IMG/VR virus record: IMGVR_UViG_3300017705_001145
Span: 1-53,279 of that record
DNA from: a virus
Taxonomy: Duplodnaviria > Caudoviricetes
DNA: 53,279 bases
Reading direction: 5' to 3' (one strand)
Each line of letters opens with the position of its first letter. The first letter of the stretch is position 1. The translations under genes and the position numbers were made by a program. Below, piece after piece: positions 25,811-36,798 of the stretch. The notes below the pieces were generated by a model that worked only from the letters and a program-made list of their open reading frames with translations, was not told where the DNA came from and did not search any database.

Positions 25811-27343
25811 ATGACTACATTTTTACAAGCATATGCCGATCAATGGCCAACAGATCCAAAGAAATTCAAAGTTGTTTTAAAGCAAATCACCGATTTAAAG
25901 CAAATTAAAGAGCACTCCTTTCTTTTACCAACCAACAAATCGGGTTTTAAACTACTTGTTGACGAGCTATATGACGCACCAAAGCCCCCCGAATATGTAA
26001 CAAAGAAGGAATTCAAAAAAGACTTTATTGATTATACGCTAAAACTCGAACCGGGAGCAATGAGCAAAATTGATTTCGATGCGCTTAACGACTATTACAA
26101 TGATCTTTTTAATCTAGATGTGAGCGAAGCTACCGACGCAGCCAAAGCACTCGCTGGACAATTTGAATCAATCTTTGCTAAACAAGAAAAGGAGATAACT
26201 GATTTCCAAGCGAATTTACAGGCAGAGCTAAAATATAACCTTGAATATTACGAAGAGCAAAAAGCGAAAGCAGATAAACTCAAAATACAAAAACAGAAAT
26301 CATCCCCGCCGCCTGTAGTTCCCGGCTTAAAACCCGCAACTAAAACGTCTAGACCGGTCCAAGACTTTTCAACAGCAAGCAGCGCTGATAAAGCCATGAA
26401 AGGAAACTTGCCAAAGGGAATAGCAGCATCGTTAGGCGGAATTGGCGGAGATAAAATGCCTCTCGATCCGGTAGCCGAACCGCTTTTATATCCGGATGAT
26501 GTAATACTGAAAGGTAAAAACAATTCCGGAGTTATCGCGGGAAGAGATGAAATACTTCGTCATAGCGCTCATACCGGAACAGGCGCCTGTTATATGTATG
26601 CTGGTCGTAGCCCCCGCGATATTCAGACCGATAGAAAAGATGGCGAGACCGGCCCGGGCGATAATAGCGCTTTAAAAATAGGAAACAATCTTGTGGAAGA
26701 CGCCGCGTATGTTTATTTATCGCAGAAAGCTAATTCAGATGATCTATTATTTGTAGCTAAAGGAACATATGGTAAAGCAGTCGGCCTACGCAAAGGCCAA
26801 TCTCTCGCAGCAATTAAAGCAGATGATGTCGTTATCATGGCTAGAGAATCCGGAATAAGACTAATTACAGCTACAGATACAAAGACATCAAAATCACCCG
26901 GTTCAAAAAATTCAATTTCTAAATTTGGTATTGATCTAATCGCCGGTAATGATGACCATGATCTGCAACATTTAGTGAAAGGCGAAAATCTCGTAAAATT
27001 TTTAAGAGGGCTTTCAAAATCGGTTGATGATTTACATAGCATAGTTTATACTTTTTTGACTAGTCAAATAGATATGAACGCATCTTTATTGGGTCACACC
27101 CACTACGATCCGTTTTGTATATTGCTGGGACTATTGACTACCGGTAATCCGGTCTCCGTTAACGGGGGAAAAGGTTTTGTTTCTCTCCCTGTTTTCGTCG
27201 CCGGTATAAAGACATTGATGGCGGCAACAGTACAGCAAAAAAGTGCCATTATGCAAATATTGAATAGAGTGAACAATGATATGAATGCGCTGGAGAGATT
27301 CGGCGGCAATTCAATATTAAGCGATAAGAATAGGACAAACTAA
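25811..27343 (+). CDS. Putative baseplate spike (gp5 C-terminal-like) protein
   Basis: Beta-rich AYVYLSQK, AIKADDVVIMARESGIRLIT and LVKGENL followed by an HTH (HxH) tip motif; context. Confidence 0.5.
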   Translation: MTTFLQAYADQWPTDPKKFKVVLKQITDLKQIKEHSFLLPTNKSGFKLLVDELYDAPKPPEYVTKKEFKKDFIDYTLKLEPGAMSKIDFDALNDYYNDLFNLDVSEATDAAKALAGQFESIFAKQEKEITDFQANLQAELKYNLEYYEEQKAKADKLKIQKQKSSPPPVVPGLKPATKTSRPVQDFSTASSADKAMKGNLPKGIAASLGGIGGDKMPLDPVAEPLLYPDDVILKGKNNSGVIAGRDEILRHSAHTGTGACYMYAGRSPRDIQTDRKDGETGPGDNSALKIGNNLVEDAAYVYLSQKANSDDLLFVAKGTYGKAVGLRKGQSLAAIKADDVVIMARESGIRLITATDTKTSKSPGSKNSISKFGIDLIAGNDDHDLQHLVKGENLVKFLRGLSKSVDDLHSIVYTFLTSQIDMNASLLGHTHYDPFCILLGLLTTGNPVSVNGGKGFVSLPVFVAGIKTLMAATVQQKSAIMQILNRVNNDMNALERFGGNSILSDKNRTN

Positions 27344-27345
27344 AG

Positions 27346-30300
27346 ATGCCTGTAAAAGATTATTTGGCCAAACACAAAGGCTCCATTGCCGCCGCTTCGG
27401 GCGGCGGCACAATAAAATATTTTAAGTCGGAAGGGCCAAACGCATTCAAAGAGTTCAATAAAGAAAAAGCTAAAGGGCCATTTTATTCTTCGGCTAAATA
27501 TAACAGCCTCTTCATTGCGAAAAACAAGCATCAAACCATTAATTTTTTCACCAGAATTATAATAGAAGACCTAGAACCCGGCCATGGCGCCACTGAACAA
27601 AATATCAACGATTTGATTTTTACTCACGCACTTCAAAGGTTAACAGACGCACTCTTGAATTACCTATACGTTGTGACTCGTACCGGCATAAAAAAATCTG
27701 CTAACGAAATAGCCGCGTCGTTACGTCAAAAAACTAGACTAATGAAGCAGGAGAAAACAAATGAAAAATATTGGAGCGTTTGGTTGGCTTTCCCATTAGC
27801 AGAACTGTTAGTATTGGGAAATCCCAAAAACGAATATCAAGGGCCAATGGCTTCATCAAGTAAAGCTAACAAAATACCCGACAATAAATGGCACACTGGT
27901 GAGCGCTTGCGCAAGGAGGTGGAAACAAGTAATAGGAAAAAAGGCCTCGCGACCCCCGTTGGAAACGATATGGCCACTAAAAACGTAGATGGCACGAACA
28001 AAGTTATAATAGACTTTGATAATATTGATTTATACGTTGAAGTATTCAAGAACGTGTTTTCACTTCTAGATGAAAAAATTCATTTTTATGATATTGAATT
28101 CGATAAACCATTTAGTGCCGGATATTATGTTAAAGAAATGGATAAATTTAAGTCTGTGCTTTCGCAAATTATTCAAGAAGGCGACAATAAGATTATAGAA
28201 TTAAAAGGTAAAGTAACACTCACTTTTAGCGAAAAATACGACAAGCTTTTATCATTAGAATACAGCGAGAAAGTCGCAGAATTTAAAGAACCCGCTCATG
28301 AGTTCTTTAAGAATCAAACTACAAATGGACTAGTCTTCTTTTTACCTACAATTTACCAAAAATACATCACACAATACACTTTGCAAGGTGGAGTATCATC
28401 AGTCTTTTTATCACAAGAAGAAATTAAGATCATTATTAACAGATATGTTGTTCCTAATCCAACGATTGTAACGTCCGTCGTTACCAAAAGACTATTAGAA
28501 AAGTTTATAATCGGAGATGTGCGATTACTGGAGGATGATTACAAAAAGTATCGACTCACACCTCAACAAATTGACGAACAAACAAAAATTCAATTATCCC
28601 AACAAATTGGCCAACAATATGAACAAATTGGAGATTTTTTAGGACTTAAGTTTGAAAAAGGCGAATTTAAAGAAATCAATAATCTTGATGATTTATATAA
28701 ACAATTATTAGATCATATCGATATGGAAGATTTAATTCAGCTTTCCGCCAAATGTTTGTTAAAAATGGTACCATTAGACAATCTCTTAGATTGGATGTGT
28801 GAAGACGTGCTGGAGGCGTTCGACGACCATCAGGAAAAAATTATACAAGAATTACAGAGCATGGAAGCAGGCCCTGCAAAAGCATTGGCGTCAGAACTCA
28901 CAGAAGTTTATTTAGACTTTATCAACGATACCGGCCCAAAATACACAGAACAGATAATAACTCAAGGTGTTGCTAAAACAGCGGAACTCATGGTAGAGAG
29001 TGTTCAGGCCTCTACATGGTCTAGTTCAGTACAATTCCTAAAGTTTTATGAAAAAAATAAAAATGAAAAAAGTGAACTAGAAAAATTATTGTATGGGCAA
29101 TTTACTGCTTCCACCTTCGCGAAGGAGTCCGCTGCCCTCGACGAAGCAGCAAAGAAAGCAGCAAAAGAGGCCGAAGGAAATCCTAGTAATACAACCGATC
29201 AGGAAACGAAGCAGGAAAATGCCAACCTCAAAAAAGCTTTAAAGGCCAAGGAAGCTGCTGATAACTCTATCATGGGGAAATTAAAGAGAAACACGTTGAG
29301 GAAAGCCGCCAACAAAGAATCAATAGCTAAACAAAAAGACAGGATGAAAATCTTCGGTACGAATCCTCCTTCTGCAGAAAAAACAACTCTAGGTTTTTAT
29401 ACAGACGAAGAAGCCAAATTAAAGACGCGCGACACATCACTACAAAAAATAGTTGATCTAGCGGAAGATAAAATAAAGCTATTAGAACTATTATCCGAGG
29501 CTACATATCATCTTGTGAACCTTAGCCCTTATATTGGCGATTCAGAATTAAAAAAAATACGTGCTTCCAAAGCCATACCCGCCGAAACCAAGAAAGGGGC
29601 TTCGTTAAAGTACTTTACTACGAAAGAAACGCGGCCAACATTAGCAAAACTAGCATTGAAAAATGGAGATTTACTTCCTTCAAACACAAAAACTGGCTTG
29701 TTTACTTTTAAAGACGGTTATCAAGGTATGACCGGAAAAGCAAAGAAAACGCTTTTCGATCAAAACATAAGAAAACTAAAAAAACTACATCAATTGGTAG
29801 GAAGCTTCGAACCTGACCCGGGGCTTTGGGAAGCAGTAAGTAACTTTGGTGAAAAAACGATGAAAGCCTATTTCGACACAGTAATGGGCGACGAAACTAA
29901 AAGATATTATCTATGTTTGGCCATTTATGGCGCTGTTCCTGCTGTAGCTTACATGATATATAATATTATCGACGATCCGGCCGGTGCATATAGATACGTT
30001 AAAAATCAAGGCGCCGCCATTGCCAAAGGATTCAAAAGAAGAATGGAAATTCTTGGCCGAACCGATTATCCGATTTGGGACATCCTAGGAAGTCTCAAAG
30101 ACGTTATGATCCAAGTAGGATATAACCTAGGTCGCGACCTAATCTTGCATGGTATCATGTGGGTGATAGAAAAAATGCGTAAAGCATGCACCGACGACGA
30201 AGAAAAGATTAATGCTCCTTACGATCCAGTCGGCGCCATAGATCTATCCGGCTTTATGGCTAATTCTATTCAAGGTGATCACAAAACAGGCGAAATAGAC

Positions 30301-33300
30301 AACAGTGCGTCTTTCAAAAAATTTGAATTATTAGGCCTCACATTAGATGATTATAGGCTTATTTTGGATACCCTATCCTCCACTTTTACTATTAAAGAAA
30401 TGGCGAGACTTCTGAACAACACAGCTGAATCACACCTTTATGATAAAGCCTTAGAGGCTTTGTTAGAAGTAGAATCATTATTAGGTACACCCTTCGCTGA
30501 TTTCTATCTTAGCAAAGTAGGCATTATAGAGTTCTTTAAGGCTATTTCTAAAGATATTAATCCGGCTTATATTGCACAAGCAATAGAAAACTTTGAAAAA
30601 GAAAAAAGTATCTTAATGAGTTTATGCTACGGCACCGACGATAGTCTGTTGGGCGACGAGTTATCTAAGTTTCTTTCGCCGGAACAAGTAAGGCAAGCTC
30701 TTGCTGATAGGGCCACCGCCCCCAAAGGGATGCTTAAAGATCTGATGAAAAGCCTAGATCATCTTCTAGGCCCACCGGTAGAATTGAATACAAATTGTTT
30801 TGACGAAGATAATGAATATGGCGTCGAGACATATGATGAGTCTCAACAACATTCTGCAAACGTTATTGGAGATGCCACCTTCGGCATATTAGAAGAAGCT
30901 TTTGAGAGAGATATTTCGCGAGTCAAAGAAATCTATCTGGACATAGAAACAAAGCTGGGAGCCTTCCGTTCGCCAGCAATGATACAGATGATGAATCCTA
31001 GTAATCTTTCGAAAGACCAAAAGGATTCAATGGCTGCTGACTACAAAAGCGATATAACGAGTAACGTTGCTATCAAACTTTTGAAGCAAGTAAAAAATAT
31101 TTCTACTTCTATAGGGTTTGTAAGAGCGCCTGAAGGTAACAACGAAGACGAAGTTGGACTGCCCCCGGGTTCTATCACGTTTAATACTGTTATAGGTGAA
31201 ACCGAAACCTCTCTAATCGAGCACCATACCACCGGCTCATATAATCCGGATACTGGATTGATGGAGGTGGAACTAACATACGCAACGCCCGGAAAAACCG
31301 GCATGAGAGAACTAAATTTTGAATATGAGGCGCCTTCCACCGGCCAACCAGCTGCATTTAACACGCGCCTTTCCTTGGAAGATATCTTCCAAGAGAAAAT
31401 TAATATAGATAAAAAGGAACAGCTCTGGGGAATCTCCGAATCGGGTGAAGAACTGTACGTTAAACCAACAGAAATAGCAGCGATTAAAGAAACACTTGTT
31501 CAAACGATATCCAGTAAATATGAAAAAGAGCATCCCGAAACCACTCTCAATGAGTTAATTCTCTTAACGGATGCTGAAAAGGAAACTAAAGAAAAATTAG
31601 TTAAATTATCCAAAAAAAGTGATTTTTATTTGACTCTTATGAATTCTATGTTTAAAGATTTGTTTTTTACTTCTTTTAAAAACGGCCTCTTTAATCAAAA
31701 AATATTTAAGAAATTAACTCTTAACCACAAAATTACTTATGAAAAATGTTTTCTAGGTTTTGTTAATAAGACTATGTTAAACAAAGAAATGCAATCATTA
31801 GCAAAACAGTTATCATGCGTCAGCGATGAATCACCAACTCATTCGCCGGTCAACATAGCTACAATAAAAATTGCTTTAGATTGTTTAATTCGAATAATTG
31901 CGATCAAAGAATTAATGAAATCGCTCTTTGTGTATAATACTTTTGTATCTGAACTGTTCTATGATGAAGATGAGACATTCTATGATGATTTCGTTAGCGC
32001 AGAAATAAGCAAAGCCTTCGCAGAAAATGACGATATCAACTTAAACAACGAAGTGATAATCGATTTTATTACAGATATTATGAGAATCATTTATTCAGAT
32101 GATAGTATCACGGACGAACAGGCCATGGAGTCTATCAAAGCTGCGCAATTAAATTATGTGAAGTACATGGTCTTTAACGCTCTGCCTGATGAGGTTTCAT
32201 ATCCGGCAATAGACGGTGCAAACACATCGCCATTCCAAATAGTTAAAAGCGCAAAGGAGGGATTAGGACAGTCGATTGCTTTAAAAGGCGTCAACATCGT
32301 AGATAAAATAAAATTATTACAAAATGAAGAATTTGCCATGCACGTTGATCGACACTATTCACCAGAAGGTGCAATAACAAAGACAAGATTTAATGAAGAT
32401 GGTGTACCTGGATCAGTAATCTTTGAGCGCTCGAGAAACGAAAAGTTAAAAACTAAATATTTCGATTTTGAGACTTTAGAACTATCTGAAACCTCGATAC
32501 TTAAAAAACTGTTACAAGAAAATAATTCCGGCGTTATTTTAGAAGACACAGTTGAGTTTAAACATAATCCAGCATTTGTATCGTCTATGACTGATGATCA
32601 ACGAAAGCTTTTCGCGAACTTTTTAGTGGCGCTGTTTAGCCAAAAGTTATTTGACGCCACGTCCGGACACCACATCAGGGGCTTTCTCTATGAGTCAAAA
32701 CTGATTATGATGTTTCCACAGCTGAAAAAAATCATTGATATTTCAGCGCAAGAAAGCTCTTCTGAACTTGAAAAAGCTTATAAAGACACCGATATACTGG
32801 TAAAAATGTTTGACTACAATTATAGTCCTGATTCCGACCAGTCTATAGCTGAAGATTGGAGCAAACAAAAAACATCGGAGGAAGCAGTCAAAGGATTTTT
32901 TAAAAAGTTCGTCGGCTCAAAAAACGCTGCATCTAAAATTCTTAATAATGATGATATAGCTTTAAATGACCTAGATATGTCTTTATCCGGAAAGATTTAT
33001 CGTAACGATCTCGCCATTTTGATGGATAGTTTCCTTTATCCATATCAAGATGCGTCCTCTGATTCGGGCACTCAAGCTTATCCGGAAGGCTATAATAGCA
33101 TTTCAGCGCTTGAAATGTACGAAAAACACATCAATGGTATCTCACAAACTTCCGCACTTCTAAACGCGGCCACCAACGCCAATATTACCGGCATCAAAGA
33201 TGCTATTAATAAACCAATATGGCCCAAAGGCACCGCAGCAACAGGCGCAACTCTTCTAGAGTTTCTTTATTTTAGACCAGTATCTGATATTATTAACGTT

Positions 33301-36300
33301 AGTACAGTTATTTCTCTTAATGGTTATATCGATATCAACGAGCAGGAAGACTTCAATACGTTTAAGAATTCCGAGTGGGCCGAAGCAAACACCAAAACCG
33401 GGTCAACCTTTGTAGCCGATAAGCTCAAAAATAAAATTGGTCAAGTATATTTCGATGACGCACCAGCAGGAATAAGATATTTCACTTTTCCAATAGAAGA
33501 GGCCAAAGTAGAAATACCATCCGATCTCACATGGTTTGATTTCTTTGTTAAAACAAACCCCGGCAATCCCGGAAAAGCCTCTTTTTATCAAAAATTCTTA
33601 GGAGACGGTAGCAGCACGTTATATAAGAATGGCGCTTACAAGCTAAACGACGTACTTTTTGCGCCGAAAGAGTCTGATATTTTTTCATATACTGCCGCGC
33701 TAAATGCCATAACCACGTTTGATCTTATTGGTAAAGAGCCAATAGCTGTTTTTAAATATGAATCTACTGATTGGTTTAATATTCGTGGTTGGACCGTCTC
33801 TAAGGAACAAATTTTACAACACGTTGCCGGTCCCGCCACGCAAAAGATACCCGGACTGCACTACGCTAGCGCACCAGCGACTGATCATTGGACTGATAGT
33901 GATCAGTGGGAACCGGATTTCTATAAATTGTTTGGTGACGGCTTTGCTTACTTGACTCGCGGCTCATTAAAGTCTCTAAAGGAGGAAGTTAATTATTTCT
34001 TCGATGAAAAAGGTGATCGCAGGAAAAACGTGAATGGAATTAGGACTGAGCCAGATCCAATGGATGAAGAATGGCTCAAAACGCCCGGAATGGGATATTC
34101 CATAACGGAAGATCCGGAAGATATTTTTGGCCAACCAAAAGTGGTAGTAGGCGAATACATCGCCACCAATCCTGTAACTGGCCAAGAAGAGGTGATGGAA
34201 AAATATATTCAAATTAATCACCGATATCATATACAATTGCCTAATGCGAATATAGAAAGAATCAAAGAACGTTTCGAAACGATTTATATAGGAAAATACG
34301 GGTTCATTCAGGAAACAAATCCCGAACGCAAGGTGGTAGAGATGGAGTTCACAGTACCTGTAGGCGTTGACCACTGGCCTGGATATCCTGCCGCTTCAAT
34401 TTATTTGCAAAATCAGCACGGACTCACAGCCGAATCAGCTGAAGTTTGCGAAACTGATGGCTACGAGTGGCAACTTGTGGGCATTCGAAAATATTCATGT
34501 TGGGTATATATCCCCGGCTCAGACTTCCAAGCACACGAAGGCTGGTCCTCTGCTCGAAAAGGTTTTTATAAATATAATGTTCCCGGCGGCAGCATGCGGT
34601 TTAACGATACATCGGTTACTGGTAAAGAAAACGGTATGACCGAAGTTTATAAACGCAATTCCAGACAATCAACGTGGGGCGCCGCACCCGCGACTGAACA
34701 AGCCAATGTCGGGTTTACAAGAAACGTCCGCCACCGAGCCTTTACATTGGCCACCGAGGCCAAGTATGAGCAAGAGAAAGAAGCAGACGGCACCGGCTGG
34801 CTAGATTATAGTACAGGGGAATGGCATGAGAAGTTTTCGGATCCATATAACAACAACGCTCTACCATGGGCAACAGAAGATAATCAAGACAACGAGGGAA
34901 TGGGCGATTCACCATGGACAACTTTTACTCACTTTATGATTCTGACTGATAGACTTCAACTCTGGACCGTCGACATGTATAACTCTTCAGAAGCAAGCGA
35001 CGGAGTGCTAGGCCATAACCAAGCGATATCGGAAACAGGTACCTATCCATGGGGCACGCTTTACAAAATTGGCTTCCGAAGCGAAGCAGACTACCAGACC
35101 TGTTTTAAAGAAGTAAAAAAAGCTTTCTGGCGCAAAGCTTTTCAGGATCATATGAAATACGACGACGCGGGTCGCGCTTTAGTAAGAAACAATATGACCG
35201 TTAAGCATTCTGATGATCCGCAACATCACGTAGTACGCAGAACAGAGATAAGTCAAGGCTACTATGATATAGATTGGGGTTGGCATAATTGGAGAATCCG
35301 TCAGGAGTTGCACTGGTCGCACGAGGTTGGTAAAAAACACGCGATGACGGGACCGGACAATGGTTACATTAATGCTGCGGCCGGGGGCGGCACTGCCGAT
35401 GATAAACGTTCAGCACTGGCCACAAACGAAAACCGCCTCATCGGATTCGCGAATTATAATCCTATGAAGATTGAGAGCAGCAACATGCCGAATCAATGGA
35501 CTAAAGATGATGTCGCATGGGGAAATAATAAGTGGCCCGGAACGACTTTCATGGTAGGGATGGTGCATGAAGAGGGCGGCGACCGCGATCCTTTTCATAG
35601 AAGGCCACACGGCAATCACCATGCGCCGGGAATAATAAGACCGGGCAACTTCACCGGCACTAAACCGATAGAAGATCAAAAATGGAACAAAGGTGCAATA
35701 CATAGCGGCGTAGCTAGCGCAACAAAAAGCTTTATACCTCTAAAATTAGATGGTGTTGTAAGCTTTAACATATATAATGTCTTCGAAAAGATGTTACTTT
35801 CTTATGGTGAAATGGGCGGATATCGAAGCATAGGAATTAACAATCTCATCAAAAGCTTCTTCGCACTCGAGCAAACAACAATCATATCAGTATTGCATAG
35901 ACTCTATGGCGAGATCTACTACCCAAGTATAGAAGGCTGTTTTAAATCATCAATAAGCAAAGCGTCCGAAGTTTTGCTAGCAGCTGTTGCGTCCGCGAAT
36001 GGAGAGTACAGACGTATATCGCCGTTAGTGGGTCCGGAAAACGACTCCATCGATTGGCCTTCAAGCGAAGATTTACAATCGTTTGGGCTAATAATTACCA
36101 AGGCTTTTGTTACGGCAATAGCAAATACGGTCGATCCAACATGGACCACACCATGGTTCGCCCCGGGACCATTTACCCCATTTGGCGCACTAGCGAAGGG
36201 TCTAAACGGAGTAGACGCACCAGAGGAACCACCAGATCCAGCCAAAATAGCCTACAAGCGACCATTCCTAGGTAATTGTGAAGAACAATTCGAAGATGAA

Positions 36301-36351
36301 TACGCATTGCTCAAGAAAATGACAAAAAATGAGAAACCCGAAGAAGAATAA
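27346..36351 (+). CDS. Giant 3001-aa putative virion protein of unknown function
   Basis: Uninterrupted 9-kb ORF between spike-like and gp25-like genes; mostly helical-looking; C-terminal DPTWTTPWFAPGPFTPFG. Confidence 0.75.
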   Translation: MPVKDYLAKHKGSIAAASGGGTIKYFKSEGPNAFKEFNKEKAKGPFYSSAKYNSLFIAKNKHQTINFFTRIIIEDLEPGHGATEQNINDLIFTHALQRLTDALLNYLYVVTRTGIKKSANEIAASLRQKTRLMKQEKTNEKYWSVWLAFPLAELLVLGNPKNEYQGPMASSSKANKIPDNKWHTGERLRKEVETSNRKKGLATPVGNDMATKNVDGTNKVIIDFDNIDLYVEVFKNVFSLLDEKIHFYDIEFDKPFSAGYYVKEMDKFKSVLSQIIQEGDNKIIELKGKVTLTFSEKYDKLLSLEYSEKVAEFKEPAHEFFKNQTTNGLVFFLPTIYQKYITQYTLQGGVSSVFLSQEEIKIIINRYVVPNPTIVTSVVTKRLLEKFIIGDVRLLEDDYKKYRLTPQQIDEQTKIQLSQQIGQQYEQIGDFLGLKFEKGEFKEINNLDDLYKQLLDHIDMEDLIQLSAKCLLKMVPLDNLLDWMCEDVLEAFDDHQEKIIQELQSMEAGPAKALASELTEVYLDFINDTGPKYTEQIITQGVAKTAELMVESVQASTWSSSVQFLKFYEKNKNEKSELEKLLYGQFTASTFAKESAALDEAAKKAAKEAEGNPSNTTDQETKQENANLKKALKAKEAADNSIMGKLKRNTLRKAANKESIAKQKDRMKIFGTNPPSAEKTTLGFYTDEEAKLKTRDTSLQKIVDLAEDKIKLLELLSEATYHLVNLSPYIGDSELKKIRASKAIPAETKKGASLKYFTTKETRPTLAKLALKNGDLLPSNTKTGLFTFKDGYQGMTGKAKKTLFDQNIRKLKKLHQLVGSFEPDPGLWEAVSNFGEKTMKAYFDTVMGDETKRYYLCLAIYGAVPAVAYMIYNIIDDPAGAYRYVKNQGAAIAKGFKRRMEILGRTDYPIWDILGSLKDVMIQVGYNLGRDLILHGIMWVIEKMRKACTDDEEKINAPYDPVGAIDLSGFMANSIQGDHKTGEIDNSASFKKFELLGLTLDDYRLILDTLSSTFTIKEMARLLNNTAESHLYDKALEALLEVESLLGTPFADFYLSKVGIIEFFKAISKDINPAYIAQAIENFEKEKSILMSLCYGTDDSLLGDELSKFLSPEQVRQALADRATAPKGMLKDLMKSLDHLLGPPVELNTNCFDEDNEYGVETYDESQQHSANVIGDATFGILEEAFERDISRVKEIYLDIETKLGAFRSPAMIQMMNPSNLSKDQKDSMAADYKSDITSNVAIKLLKQVKNISTSIGFVRAPEGNNEDEVGLPPGSITFNTVIGETETSLIEHHTTGSYNPDTGLMEVELTYATPGKTGMRELNFEYEAPSTGQPAAFNTRLSLEDIFQEKINIDKKEQLWGISESGEELYVKPTEIAAIKETLVQTISSKYEKEHPETTLNELILLTDAEKETKEKLVKLSKKSDFYLTLMNSMFKDLFFTSFKNGLFNQKIFKKLTLNHKITYEKCFLGFVNKTMLNKEMQSLAKQLSCVSDESPTHSPVNIATIKIALDCLIRIIAIKELMKSLFVYNTFVSELFYDEDETFYDDFVSAEISKAFAENDDINLNNEVIIDFITDIMRIIYSDDSITDEQAMESIKAAQLNYVKYMVFNALPDEVSYPAIDGANTSPFQIVKSAKEGLGQSIALKGVNIVDKIKLLQNEEFAMHVDRHYSPEGAITKTRFNEDGVPGSVIFERSRNEKLKTKYFDFETLELSETSILKKLLQENNSGVILEDTVEFKHNPAFVSSMTDDQRKLFANFLVALFSQKLFDATSGHHIRGFLYESKLIMMFPQLKKIIDISAQESSSELEKAYKDTDILVKMFDYNYSPDSDQSIAEDWSKQKTSEEAVKGFFKKFVGSKNAASKILNNDDIALNDLDMSLSGKIYRNDLAILMDSFLYPYQDASSDSGTQAYPEGYNSISALEMYEKHINGISQTSALLNAATNANITGIKDAINKPIWPKGTAATGATLLEFLYFRPVSDIINVSTVISLNGYIDINEQEDFNTFKNSEWAEANTKTGSTFVADKLKNKIGQVYFDDAPAGIRYFTFPIEEAKVEIPSDLTWFDFFVKTNPGNPGKASFYQKFLGDGSSTLYKNGAYKLNDVLFAPKESDIFSYTAALNAITTFDLIGKEPIAVFKYESTDWFNIRGWTVSKEQILQHVAGPATQKIPGLHYASAPATDHWTDSDQWEPDFYKLFGDGFAYLTRGSLKSLKEEVNYFFDEKGDRRKNVNGIRTEPDPMDEEWLKTPGMGYSITEDPEDIFGQPKVVVGEYIATNPVTGQEEVMEKYIQINHRYHIQLPNANIERIKERFETIYIGKYGFIQETNPERKVVEMEFTVPVGVDHWPGYPAASIYLQNQHGLTAESAEVCETDGYEWQLVGIRKYSCWVYIPGSDFQAHEGWSSARKGFYKYNVPGGSMRFNDTSVTGKENGMTEVYKRNSRQSTWGAAPATEQANVGFTRNVRHRAFTLATEAKYEQEKEADGTGWLDYSTGEWHEKFSDPYNNNALPWATEDNQDNEGMGDSPWTTFTHFMILTDRLQLWTVDMYNSSEASDGVLGHNQAISETGTYPWGTLYKIGFRSEADYQTCFKEVKKAFWRKAFQDHMKYDDAGRALVRNNMTVKHSDDPQHHVVRRTEISQGYYDIDWGWHNWRIRQELHWSHEVGKKHAMTGPDNGYINAAAGGGTADDKRSALATNENRLIGFANYNPMKIESSNMPNQWTKDDVAWGNNKWPGTTFMVGMVHEEGGDRDPFHRRPHGNHHAPGIIRPGNFTGTKPIEDQKWNKGAIHSGVASATKSFIPLKLDGVVSFNIYNVFEKMLLSYGEMGGYRSIGINNLIKSFFALEQTTIISVLHRLYGEIYYPSIEGCFKSSISKASEVLLAAVASANGEYRRISPLVGPENDSIDWPSSEDLQSFGLIITKAFVTAIANTVDPTWTTPWFAPGPFTPFGALAKGLNGVDAPEEPPDPAKIAYKRPFLGNCEEQFEDEYALLKKMTKNEKPEEE

Positions 36352-36400
36352 TAACTAAAATGTTCTTTTAGTCTAATTATATTTTAAGAGGATAAAGTAA

Positions 36401-36781
36401 ATGGCATTCGGATTTTCACCAATCATACCTTTACAAAAAGATGATGAAGACGGTTTTTACGCTTTAACGAAAACTTTAGCAGATAATGTAAAGCAAAATT
36501 TTAAGAATCTTTTGTTGACTGCCCCCGGCGAAAGAGTGATGATTCCGGAGTTTGGAGTCGGGTTGAGAAACTTTCTTTTCGACAATAGTGTGGCTGAAAT
36601 GGAGAACGATATTATTCGTGCAGTAGACGAACAAACAAAGCTTTATATGCCATTCGTAGAAATAAATGATTTAGAAGTGATCGATACAGAACTAGATACT
36701 GTCGCATTAAACATATTCTATTCTGTACCATCGGTTGGAATATCCGACTTAATAACAATTTCTAAAAATAACATTGTATAA
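36401..36781 (+). CDS. Baseplate wedge protein, gp25/GPW-like
   Basis: VKQNFKNLLLTAPGERVMIPEFGVGLRNFLFD...YMPFVEI. Confidence 0.92.
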   Translation: MAFGFSPIIPLQKDDEDGFYALTKTLADNVKQNFKNLLLTAPGERVMIPEFGVGLRNFLFDNSVAEMENDIIRAVDEQTKLYMPFVEINDLEVIDTELDTVALNIFYSVPSVGISDLITISKNNIV

Positions 36782-36798
36782 AATATGGAAAAACTAAC

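Noticed and set aside
36354-36372. Inverted repeat ACTAAAA-TGTTC-TTTTAGT after the 3001-aa gene as a terminator
   Set aside because: AT-rich weak stem with no clear U-tract; insufficient evidence
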